DNA from: a virus
IMG/VR virus record: IMGVR_UViG_3300030002_000008
Strand: one strand, 5' to 3'
DNA length: 64,000 bases
Both the position numbers and the translations under genes were made by a program. A model generated the notes under the pieces. It ran no database searches and had not been told where the DNA came from. It worked only from the letters and a program-made list of their open reading frames with translations. Below are positions 44,843-53,890 of this stretch, in pieces; position 1 is the first letter of the stretch; each line of letters begins with the position of its first letter.

Positions 44843-46274
44843 CCCGGTATCGGCAAATGAATTTGGTAAACTTCCACCTCAAGCAACGGAATTAGAGGAA
44901 TTGATATTAGGCGCTGTAATGCTTGAAAAAGAAGCTATAGAACGAATTGAGTTAGTTCCGGATGATTTCTATAGAGTTGCTCACCAAAAGATATATTCAG
45001 CCGTGTTGAGGCTTAAAAACAGCCATAATCCGGTTGATATGTTCACGGTAACCGACGAACTTCGTAAATCAGGTGAAATTGACGAGGTGGGAGGTCCATA
45101 TTTCATTTCAATTCTTACATCAAAAGTAAGTTCTGCAGCACATATCGAATTTCATGCACAGATTGTGAAACAGAAATCAATTGCCAGGAACTTAATTCAC
45201 ATGGCTTCTGAAATTCAGAGCATGGCATACGATGACAAGGTTGATGTTTCGGATGTGATTGAGTATACAGAACAGGCGTTTTCTGATATAAGTACATTTA
45301 GTCAGGATTCTGATTATTCGGATATGCCGGAATCAATACAGGAAACGATAGAGTATTTACAAGAACAGCAACGGAAAAGAGAAGCCGGTGAAAATGTTGG
45401 TATTCCAACAGGATTAGATGCTCTTGATAGGTCGCTAAATGGTGGATGGTCAGCTCCGGATCTGATCATAATAGGAGGAAGACCCTCGATGGGAAAGACG
45501 CAATTTGCTGTAAGTTTTGCTAAGGCAGCCGGTGCTTCAGGTAACGATACCCTTTTTCTATCGCTTGAAATGACTAAAAAGCAACTTATCATGCGAATGA
45601 TTAACGAGCAGGACGGTATTTCATTCTATAACATGAAAAACGGGCAGCTTTCAAAAGAAGAATGGAGTCTAATCGAAAATAAAATAGCTGAATTAGAGAG
45701 ATTGAATATAAAAATTGCGGATAGTGTGAAGTCCAGGTACTTACATAATATTAAATCCAATGCCCGTAAACTTCATAGACAAGGAAAATTAAAGTTAATG
45801 ATTATCGATTACCTGCAGTATATCAAAACAAATTTAAAGTTTGGTACCCGGGACTTGGAAATAGGATTTATCACAAGTGAGTTAAAGGCTCTAGGAAAGG
45901 AATTGAATATTCCTATCATTTTACTCGCTCAGCTGAACAGACCACCAAAGGGACAACATATTCAAAAACCTGAACTTTCGGACCTTCGTGAATCCGGAAA
46001 TATTGAACAGGATGCGGATATCGTCATTTTTCCACACCGGCCAAGTTATTACGAAGAAAATGCAATTGATGATCAAAATCGATCCTGGACTAATCGCGGA
46101 ATACTTTATATGGGAAAAAACAGAGAGGGAATGAAAAATGAAAAAGTATTATTCCAACACGATGATCGATTTAAGAAAATATGGGATGATGGAATTACTC
46201 CTTATTTTAATAATCCCGTAACAGCTGGATTTGAAAATATCGTGAGCAAGCTTAATGATGATGAACCCTTTTAA
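44799..46274 (+). CDS. dnaB: replicative DNA helicase DnaB
   Basis: Start at MENNNRKK. N-terminal DnaB domain (ELEELILGAVML...IYSAVL). Walker A GGRPSMGKTQFAVSFA. RecA-like C-terminal motifs (IIDYLQYI, DLRESGNIEQDADIVIF). Confidence 0.8.
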   Translation: MENNNRKKRTSSSPSPVSANEFGKLPPQATELEELILGAVMLEKEAIERIELVPDDFYRVAHQKIYSAVLRLKNSHNPVDMFTVTDELRKSGEIDEVGGPYFISILTSKVSSAAHIEFHAQIVKQKSIARNLIHMASEIQSMAYDDKVDVSDVIEYTEQAFSDISTFSQDSDYSDMPESIQETIEYLQEQQRKREAGENVGIPTGLDALDRSLNGGWSAPDLIIIGGRPSMGKTQFAVSFAKAAGASGNDTLFLSLEMTKKQLIMRMINEQDGISFYNMKNGQLSKEEWSLIENKIAELERLNIKIADSVKSRYLHNIKSNARKLHRQGKLKLMIIDYLQYIKTNLKFGTRDLEIGFITSELKALGKELNIPIILLAQLNRPPKGQHIQKPELSDLRESGNIEQDADIVIFPHRPSYYEENAIDDQNRSWTNRGILYMGKNREGMKNEKVLFQHDDRFKKIWDDGITPYFNNPVTAGFENIVSKLNDDEPF

Positions 46275-46836
46275 TATGAGCACCGAAATAAATAATTACA
46301 TAACAAAAAGATATCTTAAATGGCTTGATTATGCAAAGTATCATTGTTCTCTTGCCGGGATTGTAGATGAAAGCGAGGATGTACTCAATGAAGTTATTCT
46401 TTCTTTATTGCAAAAGGAAGAAGAGGTGCTTATGAACTTATTAAATTCAAAATCCGGGCAATATACAGAATTAGATTACTACGTGCTACGAATGATTAAA
46501 CTAAATGCAAGTTCACCCACTTCACCTTATCAGAGTAAATACAAACCTATTCCCTCAGATACTAACGTGGATTATTCAACGCTTGAAATCGAAGATCAGG
46601 GGAACGATGATCCGGACCGATCGGGATATATTTTGGAACGTATGCACGAGATCCGTTCAACAATTGAAGAACTAGGATTCAGCGAAAAAGCAATGCAAGT
46701 ATTTGAATTCAGGTTCTTCAATGATGGTGTTTTCAAAGAGTGGGACGGGGATGAAAGTACAAAAGAACTTTACGATCTTTACTCCAGGATTATCAAAGTA
46801 CTTAGAAAAAAAATAAAAGGAGAATTAATATTTTAA
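46255..46836 (+). CDS. sigma-70-family (ECF-like) sigma factor candidate
   Basis: 193 aa. Region-2-like N-terminal half. C-terminal HTH-like LGFSEKAMQVFEFRFFNDG. Confidence 0.3.
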   Translation: MMMNPFNMSTEINNYITKRYLKWLDYAKYHCSLAGIVDESEDVLNEVILSLLQKEEEVLMNLLNSKSGQYTELDYYVLRMIKLNASSPTSPYQSKYKPIPSDTNVDYSTLEIEDQGNDDPDRSGYILERMHEIRSTIEELGFSEKAMQVFEFRFFNDGVFKEWDGDESTKELYDLYSRIIKVLRKKIKGELIF

Positions 46837-46841
46837 AAGCT

Positions 46842-47102
46842 ATGAAGCCATTAATCACAACGAAAATTATTAAAGATAACGGGGATATTCATACGCTTGA
46901 GCTATTTTCATATAAAAGTGCATTTGTATTACACAAACACCTGATAACCTCAGATGATAAGAAAGCAGAATTATTTCAAAAAATGAGAAAGTTCTGGGGA
47001 AAATGGTATTGTAAACAGGAAATAGTAATTTCAAAAGAGGAATACCGGGCTATCGTTGGATTTTATGAGAGTAAAAAATGTAAAACATATAAAAACAATT
47101 AA
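46842..47102 (+). CDS. hypothetical protein
   Basis: 86 aa. Confidence 0.25.
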   Translation: MKPLITTKIIKDNGDIHTLELFSYKSAFVLHKHLITSDDKKAELFQKMRKFWGKWYCKQEIVISKEEYRAIVGFYESKKCKTYKNN

Positions 47103-47105
47103 GAT

Positions 47106-47474
47106 ATGAACAAACAACAATTTATGGCAATGAGTTTGCGTTATGGGTTAAAAGTAATTCAAAAGGATTTAATTGGAACTTTATTTTCAATTGATATAGA
47201 AGAAAATTCAATTGGAGTTAGATTTAATGAAAAGGAATGCAGCTTCCACAGTATATCAAATAACTTTTGTAAACCTATCCTTCACCCACTTTCTGACCTC
47301 ACAAAAGAGATTGAGCATGACGGGGAAAAGTTTGTACCGATGGACTCAATTAAAAAAGAATTTGGAGACTTAAAGTTAACTATTGATAACAACAAGGATT
47401 TAAGAGTGTCAATAGCTCCTTTTGCATATTTAGATTTAGAAGTTATTCCATTTATTCAAAAACTTATTTCTTGA
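47106..47474 (+). CDS. hypothetical protein
   Basis: 122 aa. Confidence 0.25.
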   Translation: MNKQQFMAMSLRYGLKVIQKDLIGTLFSIDIEENSIGVRFNEKECSFHSISNNFCKPILHPLSDLTKEIEHDGEKFVPMDSIKKEFGDLKLTIDNNKDLRVSIAPFAYLDLEVIPFIQKLIS

Positions 47475-47548
47475 CATTTTGACATTGCCGGATTAATCGA
47501 AAAAGGAGAAGCAATTGACGTTAATACTTTAGAAACAAACCCATACTT

Positions 47549-47818
47549 ATGAAAACAAAATTATATAGGATAATTGCTGAGGAATATAATATATTTTGGT
47601 CTAAAAAATCACAAGAGTGGGTAATGTCAAAGAAATACGAAATTCGTGCTTCAGATGTATTGTTTCGACATCCTAATCTTGCATGGATTTTAGCAAGGGT
47701 GTTTGAGGGTATATTTAGCTACAAAAAAGCTAAACGATTAGGTAATAGGTTTTGGGAACGAACCAAATGCAAATCAAGCAGACGAATACACAGGAGTAAA
47801 GCTCTTTGTCGATTTTAA
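47549..47818 (+). CDS. hypothetical protein
   Basis: 89 aa, basic. Confidence 0.25.
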   Translation: MKTKLYRIIAEEYNIFWSKKSQEWVMSKKYEIRASDVLFRHPNLAWILARVFEGIFSYKKAKRLGNRFWERTKCKSSRRIHRSKALCRF

Positions 47819-47887
47819 GAATAACAAATGATTATAATTAATTAAAAGGGAGCAGAAATGTTCCCTTTTCTTATATTTTAAAGGTAA

Positions 47888-48478
47888 TTGAATCAGGTTT
47901 ATACACGTATGGAAAATACCGAGGTAGTTGTAGAAGAGAAGAGGCTCACAGCAAAACAAGAGCTATTTTGTTATGAGTATTGCATTGATTATAACGCTAC
48001 TAGAGCAGCCATAAAGGCTGGGTATAGTGAAAAGAGTGCAACGTCAGCGGCTAGTAGGATGTTAACATTTGTCAATATTAAAGCCGAAATAACCCGATTA
48101 AAGGCGAATTTATCCGAAACATCCGGTATTTCTGCGCTGCGAGTATTGAACGAACATGCAAAGATTGCCTTTTCGAGTGCTTCAGATCTTCGTGACGGAT
48201 GGATAACCCTTAAACAGTTTGATAGCCTATCAGAAGAACAAAAGTCCTGCATACAAGAGATATCAACTAAAAAAGAGAGTAGAGTTCAAAAACGAATGAA
48301 TCCCGGAGATGATGATATCGTTGTCGAAGAGGAATGGGTGAAGATTAAACTCTACGATAAGCAGAAATCACTTGATAGTATCAGTAAAATGCTTGGTTAT
48401 GATGCCCCACAAAAGATTGAGGTAGGATTATCTGAAGGTTTGGAGCTTGAAATAGGTTTTAGAACTAAAAAACAATAG
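47888..48478 (+). CDS. terS: terminase small subunit (Terminase_2-type)
   Basis: LTAKQELFCYEYCIDYNATRAAIKAGYSEKSATSAASRML, the canonical Terminase_2 N-terminal motif. Confidence 0.7.
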   Translation: MNQVYTRMENTEVVVEEKRLTAKQELFCYEYCIDYNATRAAIKAGYSEKSATSAASRMLTFVNIKAEITRLKANLSETSGISALRVLNEHAKIAFSSASDLRDGWITLKQFDSLSEEQKSCIQEISTKKESRVQKRMNPGDDDIVVEEEWVKIKLYDKQKSLDSISKMLGYDAPQKIEVGLSEGLELEIGFRTKKQ

Positions 48479-48578
48479 CATTTTGATAGTAAAATGATAG
48501 GTATTTACCAACATTATTAAAAACTCTCTCTGGGAGAATAAAAACAAACGAACAAAAATAGCTGAAAATACTGTCATA

Positions 48579-50627
48579 ATGTCAAAACAAAAAATTAAAT
48601 TCAGCTACAAACTTTTTAATCCAAACTTTTGGCATGTTCTTGACTCATTTTTAAATACTGCATTACGTTTTATTTTCCTGGTCGGTGGATCCAGTAGTTC
48701 AAAAACATATTCGGTTGTCCAGGCTATTATCTTCTCAGCACTCAAAGGAAGAGAAGACACAATCATATTCCGTAAGGTAGGAGCTAGTATAGAAAATTCG
48801 ATCTATAAGGATTTTAAAACAGTAATCAGAGATTGGAACCTGAATCATTTATTTGAATTCAAAAGAAATAAGATTGTATGCATTGCTAATGGGTCTGAGA
48901 TCGATTTTGCGGGACTCGATGATAGTGAAAAGATAAAAGGTATTACCGGATACAAGCGTGTTGTTCTTGAAGAGGTAAGTGAGTTTGAGCTTTCCGATTG
49001 GAAACAGATTAAAAAGCGACTTCGTGGAATGTCTGGCCAACAGATCATCGCCCTACTAAATCCTATTTCTGAACTTCACTGGGTGAAAACCGAGGTATTA
49101 GATAAAGAGGTTCTACTTAATGCACAAACTTATCTTGATTGCGTGTACGATGATCAGGGTAACATTCTGCCTCCGGAGTACTCGCAAGTAAAAGAGAAGT
49201 GGTATAACGAAAGCAAAACGGTTTTCAATCCACAAACGGGAGAATATGAGACTAACCCACCTGATACGGTTGTCATAAAGTCAACATATTTAAATAACTT
49301 TTGGATTGTCAGTTCTCCTGATGGTTTATACGGTTTTTATGACCGGCAAGTAGTAGCTGATTTCGACAGGGATAAGACGAATGATCCGGATTATTACGAG
49401 ATATACGCTTTAGGAAATTGGGGATCTATTAAAACAGGTGGTGAGTTTTGGAAGAAGTTCAATATAGGCAAACATACCGGTAAGACAGTCACGGATTGTG
49501 CTCCTGTGCATCTTACGATCGATAATAACGTATTGCCCTATATTTCGGTTGCAGTGTGGCAAATCGAAGAACATGCAGAATTCGAGGTAACAAAGTATTT
49601 AGCTAAACAAATCGGAGAAGTGCCGGCCCGCGATCCTTACAATACCGTAACCAGTGCTTCAAAACTTACAGCAAAATATCTTAAAGATATCGGTCACACT
49701 GATAAGGTTTTTATATACGGCGACCAGACAACAACAGCTAATAATACGATTGATGAAGAAAAGCGGTCATTCTTCGATAAGTATTGCCAGGGAATTGAAG
49801 AAGCCGGGTTTATAATTGAGAAACGCATGCCCTCTGTTAATCCTTCTGTAGCGCTATCCGGTGAGTTTGTGAATGAAATCTATGCTGACAACATTCCGAC
49901 TCTTGAGATCGTGATAGATGAATGTTGTAAGGTATCTGTCAAGGATTACATGATTACTAAACAGGATGCAAACGGTGGGATTCTGAAGAAAAGAATTAGA
50001 GATAAGCGAACCGGGCAAACTTATGAAGAATCCGGCCACTATTCAGACACAAAAAGATACTTCCTATGTGAGGTGTTTAAAGATAAATATACAGACTTTT
50101 CACTCAGGCGTAACCGTTCCAATTTTAAAGATGATCAAATGAAGTTTTATACTGATATCGATTTTAAAGATGCTCTAATTAACGTCCGGATTGTTCCGGA
50201 TGTGAATGGGGTGTTTAGTTTAGTAGTTTCTAAACTGATCGAAGACCGGGTTTATATTACTGATGTGATTTTCAATAAGGATGCCGGGGATAGCTTTAAT
50301 CGGTCTGTTGAACTCATTAAGCAATCAGATCCTGAAGAAGTAACTTTTGAATCAATCCCAGTATGGTATGAATACGGGCGAAATATCCGAACCGAATGTG
50401 ATAGTAGTTCAATCAGAATACTTACCGAACCAACGAAGAAAGAAAGTCGAATACTCGTTATGTCAGGATTTATTAAAAGCAATTTATATTTTAAAAAAGA
50501 TTACGACTCTGATCCGGAATATACGGCCTTTATTGAGAATTTACTCGATAATTACAAAGGAATAAGCATTGAGGCTTCAAATATCCTATCAGGAGTTGCA
50601 GAGTATTTTAAAAAACAAATTGAATGA
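48579..50627 (+). CDS. terL: terminase large subunit
   Basis: 682 aa. Walker A FLVGGSSSSKTYS. Walker B VVLEEVSE. Nuclease-domain length. Follows terS. Confidence 0.75.
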   Translation: MSKQKIKFSYKLFNPNFWHVLDSFLNTALRFIFLVGGSSSSKTYSVVQAIIFSALKGREDTIIFRKVGASIENSIYKDFKTVIRDWNLNHLFEFKRNKIVCIANGSEIDFAGLDDSEKIKGITGYKRVVLEEVSEFELSDWKQIKKRLRGMSGQQIIALLNPISELHWVKTEVLDKEVLLNAQTYLDCVYDDQGNILPPEYSQVKEKWYNESKTVFNPQTGEYETNPPDTVVIKSTYLNNFWIVSSPDGLYGFYDRQVVADFDRDKTNDPDYYEIYALGNWGSIKTGGEFWKKFNIGKHTGKTVTDCAPVHLTIDNNVLPYISVAVWQIEEHAEFEVTKYLAKQIGEVPARDPYNTVTSASKLTAKYLKDIGHTDKVFIYGDQTTTANNTIDEEKRSFFDKYCQGIEEAGFIIEKRMPSVNPSVALSGEFVNEIYADNIPTLEIVIDECCKVSVKDYMITKQDANGGILKKRIRDKRTGQTYEESGHYSDTKRYFLCEVFKDKYTDFSLRRNRSNFKDDQMKFYTDIDFKDALINVRIVPDVNGVFSLVVSKLIEDRVYITDVIFNKDAGDSFNRSVELIKQSDPEEVTFESIPVWYEYGRNIRTECDSSSIRILTEPTKKESRILVMSGFIKSNLYFKKDYDSDPEYTAFIENLLDNYKGISIEASNILSGVAEYFKKQIE

Positions 50628-50845
50628 TAACAGGGACTTCACGCGGTTGGTCAATTGTATTTGAAAATGATTGCTGGCTATGGTCAGATAATAAAGAACC
50701 AATAACTATTGAAAGACCATGCAAACGCTGTGGGCGCATACCTACTAAAGAGGGTTATGATGCATGTATGGGATTTGTTAATGGTGCAACGTCCGCCTGT
50801 TGTGGTCATGGAGTAAGTGAAAAAATAATTGTAATGAACGTATGA
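50624..50845 (+). CDS. small Cys-rich protein
   Basis: 73 aa (CKRCGRIP...CMGF...CCGHG). Confidence 0.3.
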   Translation: MITGTSRGWSIVFENDCWLWSDNKEPITIERPCKRCGRIPTKEGYDACMGFVNGATSACCGHGVSEKIIVMNV

Positions 50846-51018
50846 TTCAACTTAAATATATTCGATGTCCTAACTGTAGTCGCGTTAATGGTGCGATGTC
50901 AGAAAGCAAAGGAGTTCAGCAATTCATTTGTAAGGATTCCAGGTGCCGGCATGAATTCTATGTAGTCGATGGAGTGGTTGACAAGTCGTTTGATAAATCA
51001 TCGGTAAAATTGATTTGA
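50842..51018 (+). CDS. zinc-ribbon miniprotein (58 aa, below the track size cutoff)
   Basis: MIQLKYIRCPNCSRVNG...FICKDSRCRHEF. ATGA overlap with the previous gene. Confidence 0.25.
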   Translation: MIQLKYIRCPNCSRVNGAMSESKGVQQFICKDSRCRHEFYVVDGVVDKSFDKSSVKLI

Positions 51019-51041
51019 TACTTATATTTTAATTTAAAGTT

Positions 51042-51114
51042 GCCTTTTTAGCTCAGTTGGTAGAGCGATTGCCTTGTAAGCAATAGGTCGTACGTTCGAA
51101 TCGTACCGGAGGCT
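51042..51114 (+). tRNA. tRNA-Thr (anticodon UGU)
   Basis: GCCTTTT-TA-GCTCAGTTGGTAGAGC-G-ATTGC-CTTGTAA-GCAAT-AGGTC-GTACGTTCGAATCGTAC-CGGAGGC-T. Cloverleaf is complete. Acceptor stem has 2 G-U pairs and a U7-C66 mismatch. CCA is not encoded. Confidence 0.6.
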
Positions 51115-51273
51115 CAAAACCAAAAGAAAAGGGGATTTTGAAAGTAGTTGAAATTTATTGGTATCTGATCAATACCTTTGAATTAATATTATTTTTTGTA
51201 AAGCTAACAAAATAGGAATCCCCGCCGAACTACTGCCAACATGCAGACGAACTGTAATAAAAGAGCTTTAAAC

Positions 51274-51310
51274 AAGCCGAAACGGACTAATTATCTGTTT
51301 CGGCTTTTTA
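51274..51310 (+). terminator. intrinsic terminator upstream of portal gene
   Basis: AGCCGAAACGG-(loop)-CTGTTTCGGCT then TTTTT. Confidence 0.45.
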
Positions 51311-51319
51311 ATTTATACT

Positions 51320-52747
51320 ATGAGCATAATTAAAGATTTACAACTAAGTATTGCAAAGAAGTGGATGGGATCTGCCACCATTACCCGCGATAATACGGGT
51401 AAGGTAACCGGTGCAACAAATGGGTATAAATCGACCATGTACGATGTAGACCGGTACCTGGCTGCATTTAATTCTATTTACGCTGCGAAGAACTTTATTA
51501 CTTTATTTCATAGTATTTCAGAACTTCAATTTCCGGTTGTAGAGATTGCTAAACGAGTGCTAAAGGCTGAATTCAGGTTGAAATCATATGATACAGATTC
51601 AATTATATGGGATAACAAACAGATCAATAAATTTTTGACTCAACCTAACGAGTTACAAGGATTCAAGGACTTTATTACTCAGCTGATCATCTATCTTCTT
51701 ATCGTTGGAGATGCACATATATATTCTGCCGTTCCAAGTACACTTGCTTCATGGGAGAGATGGAAAGCTTGTGATAACTACTATGTGTTACCTTCTGACT
51801 GCATAGAGCCTCAATATCCTTTCGACGTAAAGCTTTTCGCAAATACTCCGAAAGATCAAATAATAAAATCCTATAAGCTTATTTCAGGAATGGGTAACCG
51901 GGACTTCGAACCAAATAACGTACTTCATTTCAAAGAAACAAATCTGCTGTTTGATCATTGGTACTTAAGGGGTCGTAGTAAGCTCACGGCGCTTGAATAT
52001 CCTCTTAGTAACTTATGTGCAGTATATGAGGCTCGAAATGTGATTTACGTCAAACGTGGGGCTCTTGGTGCGATTGTGAGCAATAAGACCGATAACGCGG
52101 GAACTGTTGCTCTGTCCAAAAAAGAAAAGGAAAGTTTACAGAAAAACTTTAATGAGAATTACGGTCTTGAAAAAGAAAAAGGGCAATTTGTTTTATCAGA
52201 TGTTCCTGTGAGTTTCGTCAAGTTTGGTATGTCAATTACCGAGCTCGAACCTTTCGATGAAACGTTGGCCGATGCCGTTGCCATTGCCGGTGCTTTTGGA
52301 ATGCCGGCAATATTAATCCCTAGAAAGGATATGAGCACTTACGCGAATATGGACACTGCTGAGAAGAGTTTCTACACAAATACGGTAATTCCACTGACTG
52401 AAAAGATACTCGAACAAATCAACCGTTTTTTAGGACTCAATCAAGGCCCGGGAGGAATGTATATCGATGCTGATTTCTCAAAGGTCGAAGTACTTCAGGA
52501 CAATAAGAAAGATGAAGCCACTACAGATAATCTGAAGACCACTACGGCACTTTTAAAGTATAACCAAGGACTTATTACATTTAATATGATGTTAGTTCAA
52601 TGTGGAGAGGAAAAACTCACTACCGGAGGAGACTATTATATCTGGGCTGATCCGAACATTTCTAAAATTCCCGCAATGAATGTAAATCTTCATAGCGGTA
52701 CACAACCGAATAATAACTCTCAAAATACAACTCAAAATGCTAATTAA
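51320..52747 (+). CDS. portal protein
   Basis: 475 aa. Follows terL. Gln/Asn-rich C-terminus. Call is by position and size. Confidence 0.5.
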   Translation: MSIIKDLQLSIAKKWMGSATITRDNTGKVTGATNGYKSTMYDVDRYLAAFNSIYAAKNFITLFHSISELQFPVVEIAKRVLKAEFRLKSYDTDSIIWDNKQINKFLTQPNELQGFKDFITQLIIYLLIVGDAHIYSAVPSTLASWERWKACDNYYVLPSDCIEPQYPFDVKLFANTPKDQIIKSYKLISGMGNRDFEPNNVLHFKETNLLFDHWYLRGRSKLTALEYPLSNLCAVYEARNVIYVKRGALGAIVSNKTDNAGTVALSKKEKESLQKNFNENYGLEKEKGQFVLSDVPVSFVKFGMSITELEPFDETLADAVAIAGAFGMPAILIPRKDMSTYANMDTAEKSFYTNTVIPLTEKILEQINRFLGLNQGPGGMYIDADFSKVEVLQDNKKDEATTDNLKTTTALLKYNQGLITFNMMLVQCGEEKLTTGGDYYIWADPNISKIPAMNVNLHSGTQPNNNSQNTTQNAN

Positions 52748-53783
52748 GGAACGTAATAAGAAAGGCAATCAGTGGCGAACAAAAGTAGCTAACGTTGATG
52801 AAAACGGGGTTGTAGTAATCGCCGTTAACGCATTTGGTAATAAGGATTCAGATGGTGATATTTCTATGCCTGGATCATTTACTAAGACGCTTAATGAGAA
52901 TTTTGATCGTTGTAAATGGTTTTTAAATCACAACAAGGCTCAACTGTTAGGTGTACCATTGTTCGGAGAAGAGACTCCTGAATATCTTCAAATGACTTCT
53001 AAATTTAATATGAAGAAACAGTTGTCGCTTGATATCTATTACGATTACCAACTCTATGCAGAAAATAATAAAACACTCGAGCACTCGATCGGGGTTGATA
53101 TCATGCAACGAAATCCTGCAAATTTAGCCGAGGTAACAGAATATAAGATGTGGGAATACTCAACACTTACCAATTGGGGTGCAAACGAAAATACACCTCT
53201 TATCTCTCTTAAGGATATGGGAGGGATGTCCGTGGATCAAATGCAGGAACAACTTGAATTCATAACTAAGTCGATTAAGCTTCCATATTCGGATGAACGC
53301 CTTGCTAAGATTGAGAAATCAATCAGTACTCTTACTAAGATCATAACCAAAGACCTAACAGACGGTTCTTGTATGGTTTGTTGCCCTACCTGTGGAGAAA
53401 CATTCGATTACAATGACTGTGATGAATCCACTTTCGAACAACAGGTAATGGAGGCTGCCAATCAGTACGCACGTTGGATGATTGACGGTATCGTTTATAT
53501 CGAAATGCAGAAATTAAAACCTGAATTTCAGGTCCAGGTTGAAGCGATCATCAACTCTCAAAAATCACTTTCAAAAGGTCTTACCGAAAAGGAAATGACC
53601 ACAAAAGGCATTGAGAACTTTACCAATTACGTGCGCTGTAACAAATGCTATTCACGAGTTTATAAATGCAATGCCATTGAGCCGGCTCCGTCCACTCAGG
53701 AAGCATGTGATAATACTCCTATTGAGAAGGCCGGTTTGTCCACCTTCAGTTTCAAAACACTAGGAGGTTTAATTATCAAATAA
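52737..53783 (+). CDS. prohead protease (HK97 family) with C-terminal scaffold-like region
   Basis: N-terminal NAFGNKDSDGDISMPGSFTKTL resembles the S78 prohead protease motif (D-x-x-GD-x-I-x-PGAF). The C-terminal half is helical and contains a Cys4 motif. Confidence 0.5.
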   Translation: MLIKERNKKGNQWRTKVANVDENGVVVIAVNAFGNKDSDGDISMPGSFTKTLNENFDRCKWFLNHNKAQLLGVPLFGEETPEYLQMTSKFNMKKQLSLDIYYDYQLYAENNKTLEHSIGVDIMQRNPANLAEVTEYKMWEYSTLTNWGANENTPLISLKDMGGMSVDQMQEQLEFITKSIKLPYSDERLAKIEKSISTLTKIITKDLTDGSCMVCCPTCGETFDYNDCDESTFEQQVMEAANQYARWMIDGIVYIEMQKLKPEFQVQVEAIINSQKSLSKGLTEKEMTTKGIENFTNYVRCNKCYSRVYKCNAIEPAPSTQEACDNTPIEKAGLSTFSFKTLGGLIIK

Positions 53784-53826
53784 ATTAAATACCGATTTAT
53801 ATTTTAAATCGAAAGAGCTTTTAACA

Positions 53827-53865
53827 GGCCGAAATAAGGATTCAGATCTTTATTCCGGCTTTTTA
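53827..53865 (+). terminator. imperfect hairpin plus T-run before the capsid gene
   Basis: GCCGAAATAAGGA-(loop)-TCTTTATTCCGGC then TTTTT, with two mismatches in the stem. Confidence 0.35.
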
Positions 53866-53890
53866 TTTAACCCATTTATCAAATTAAAAA

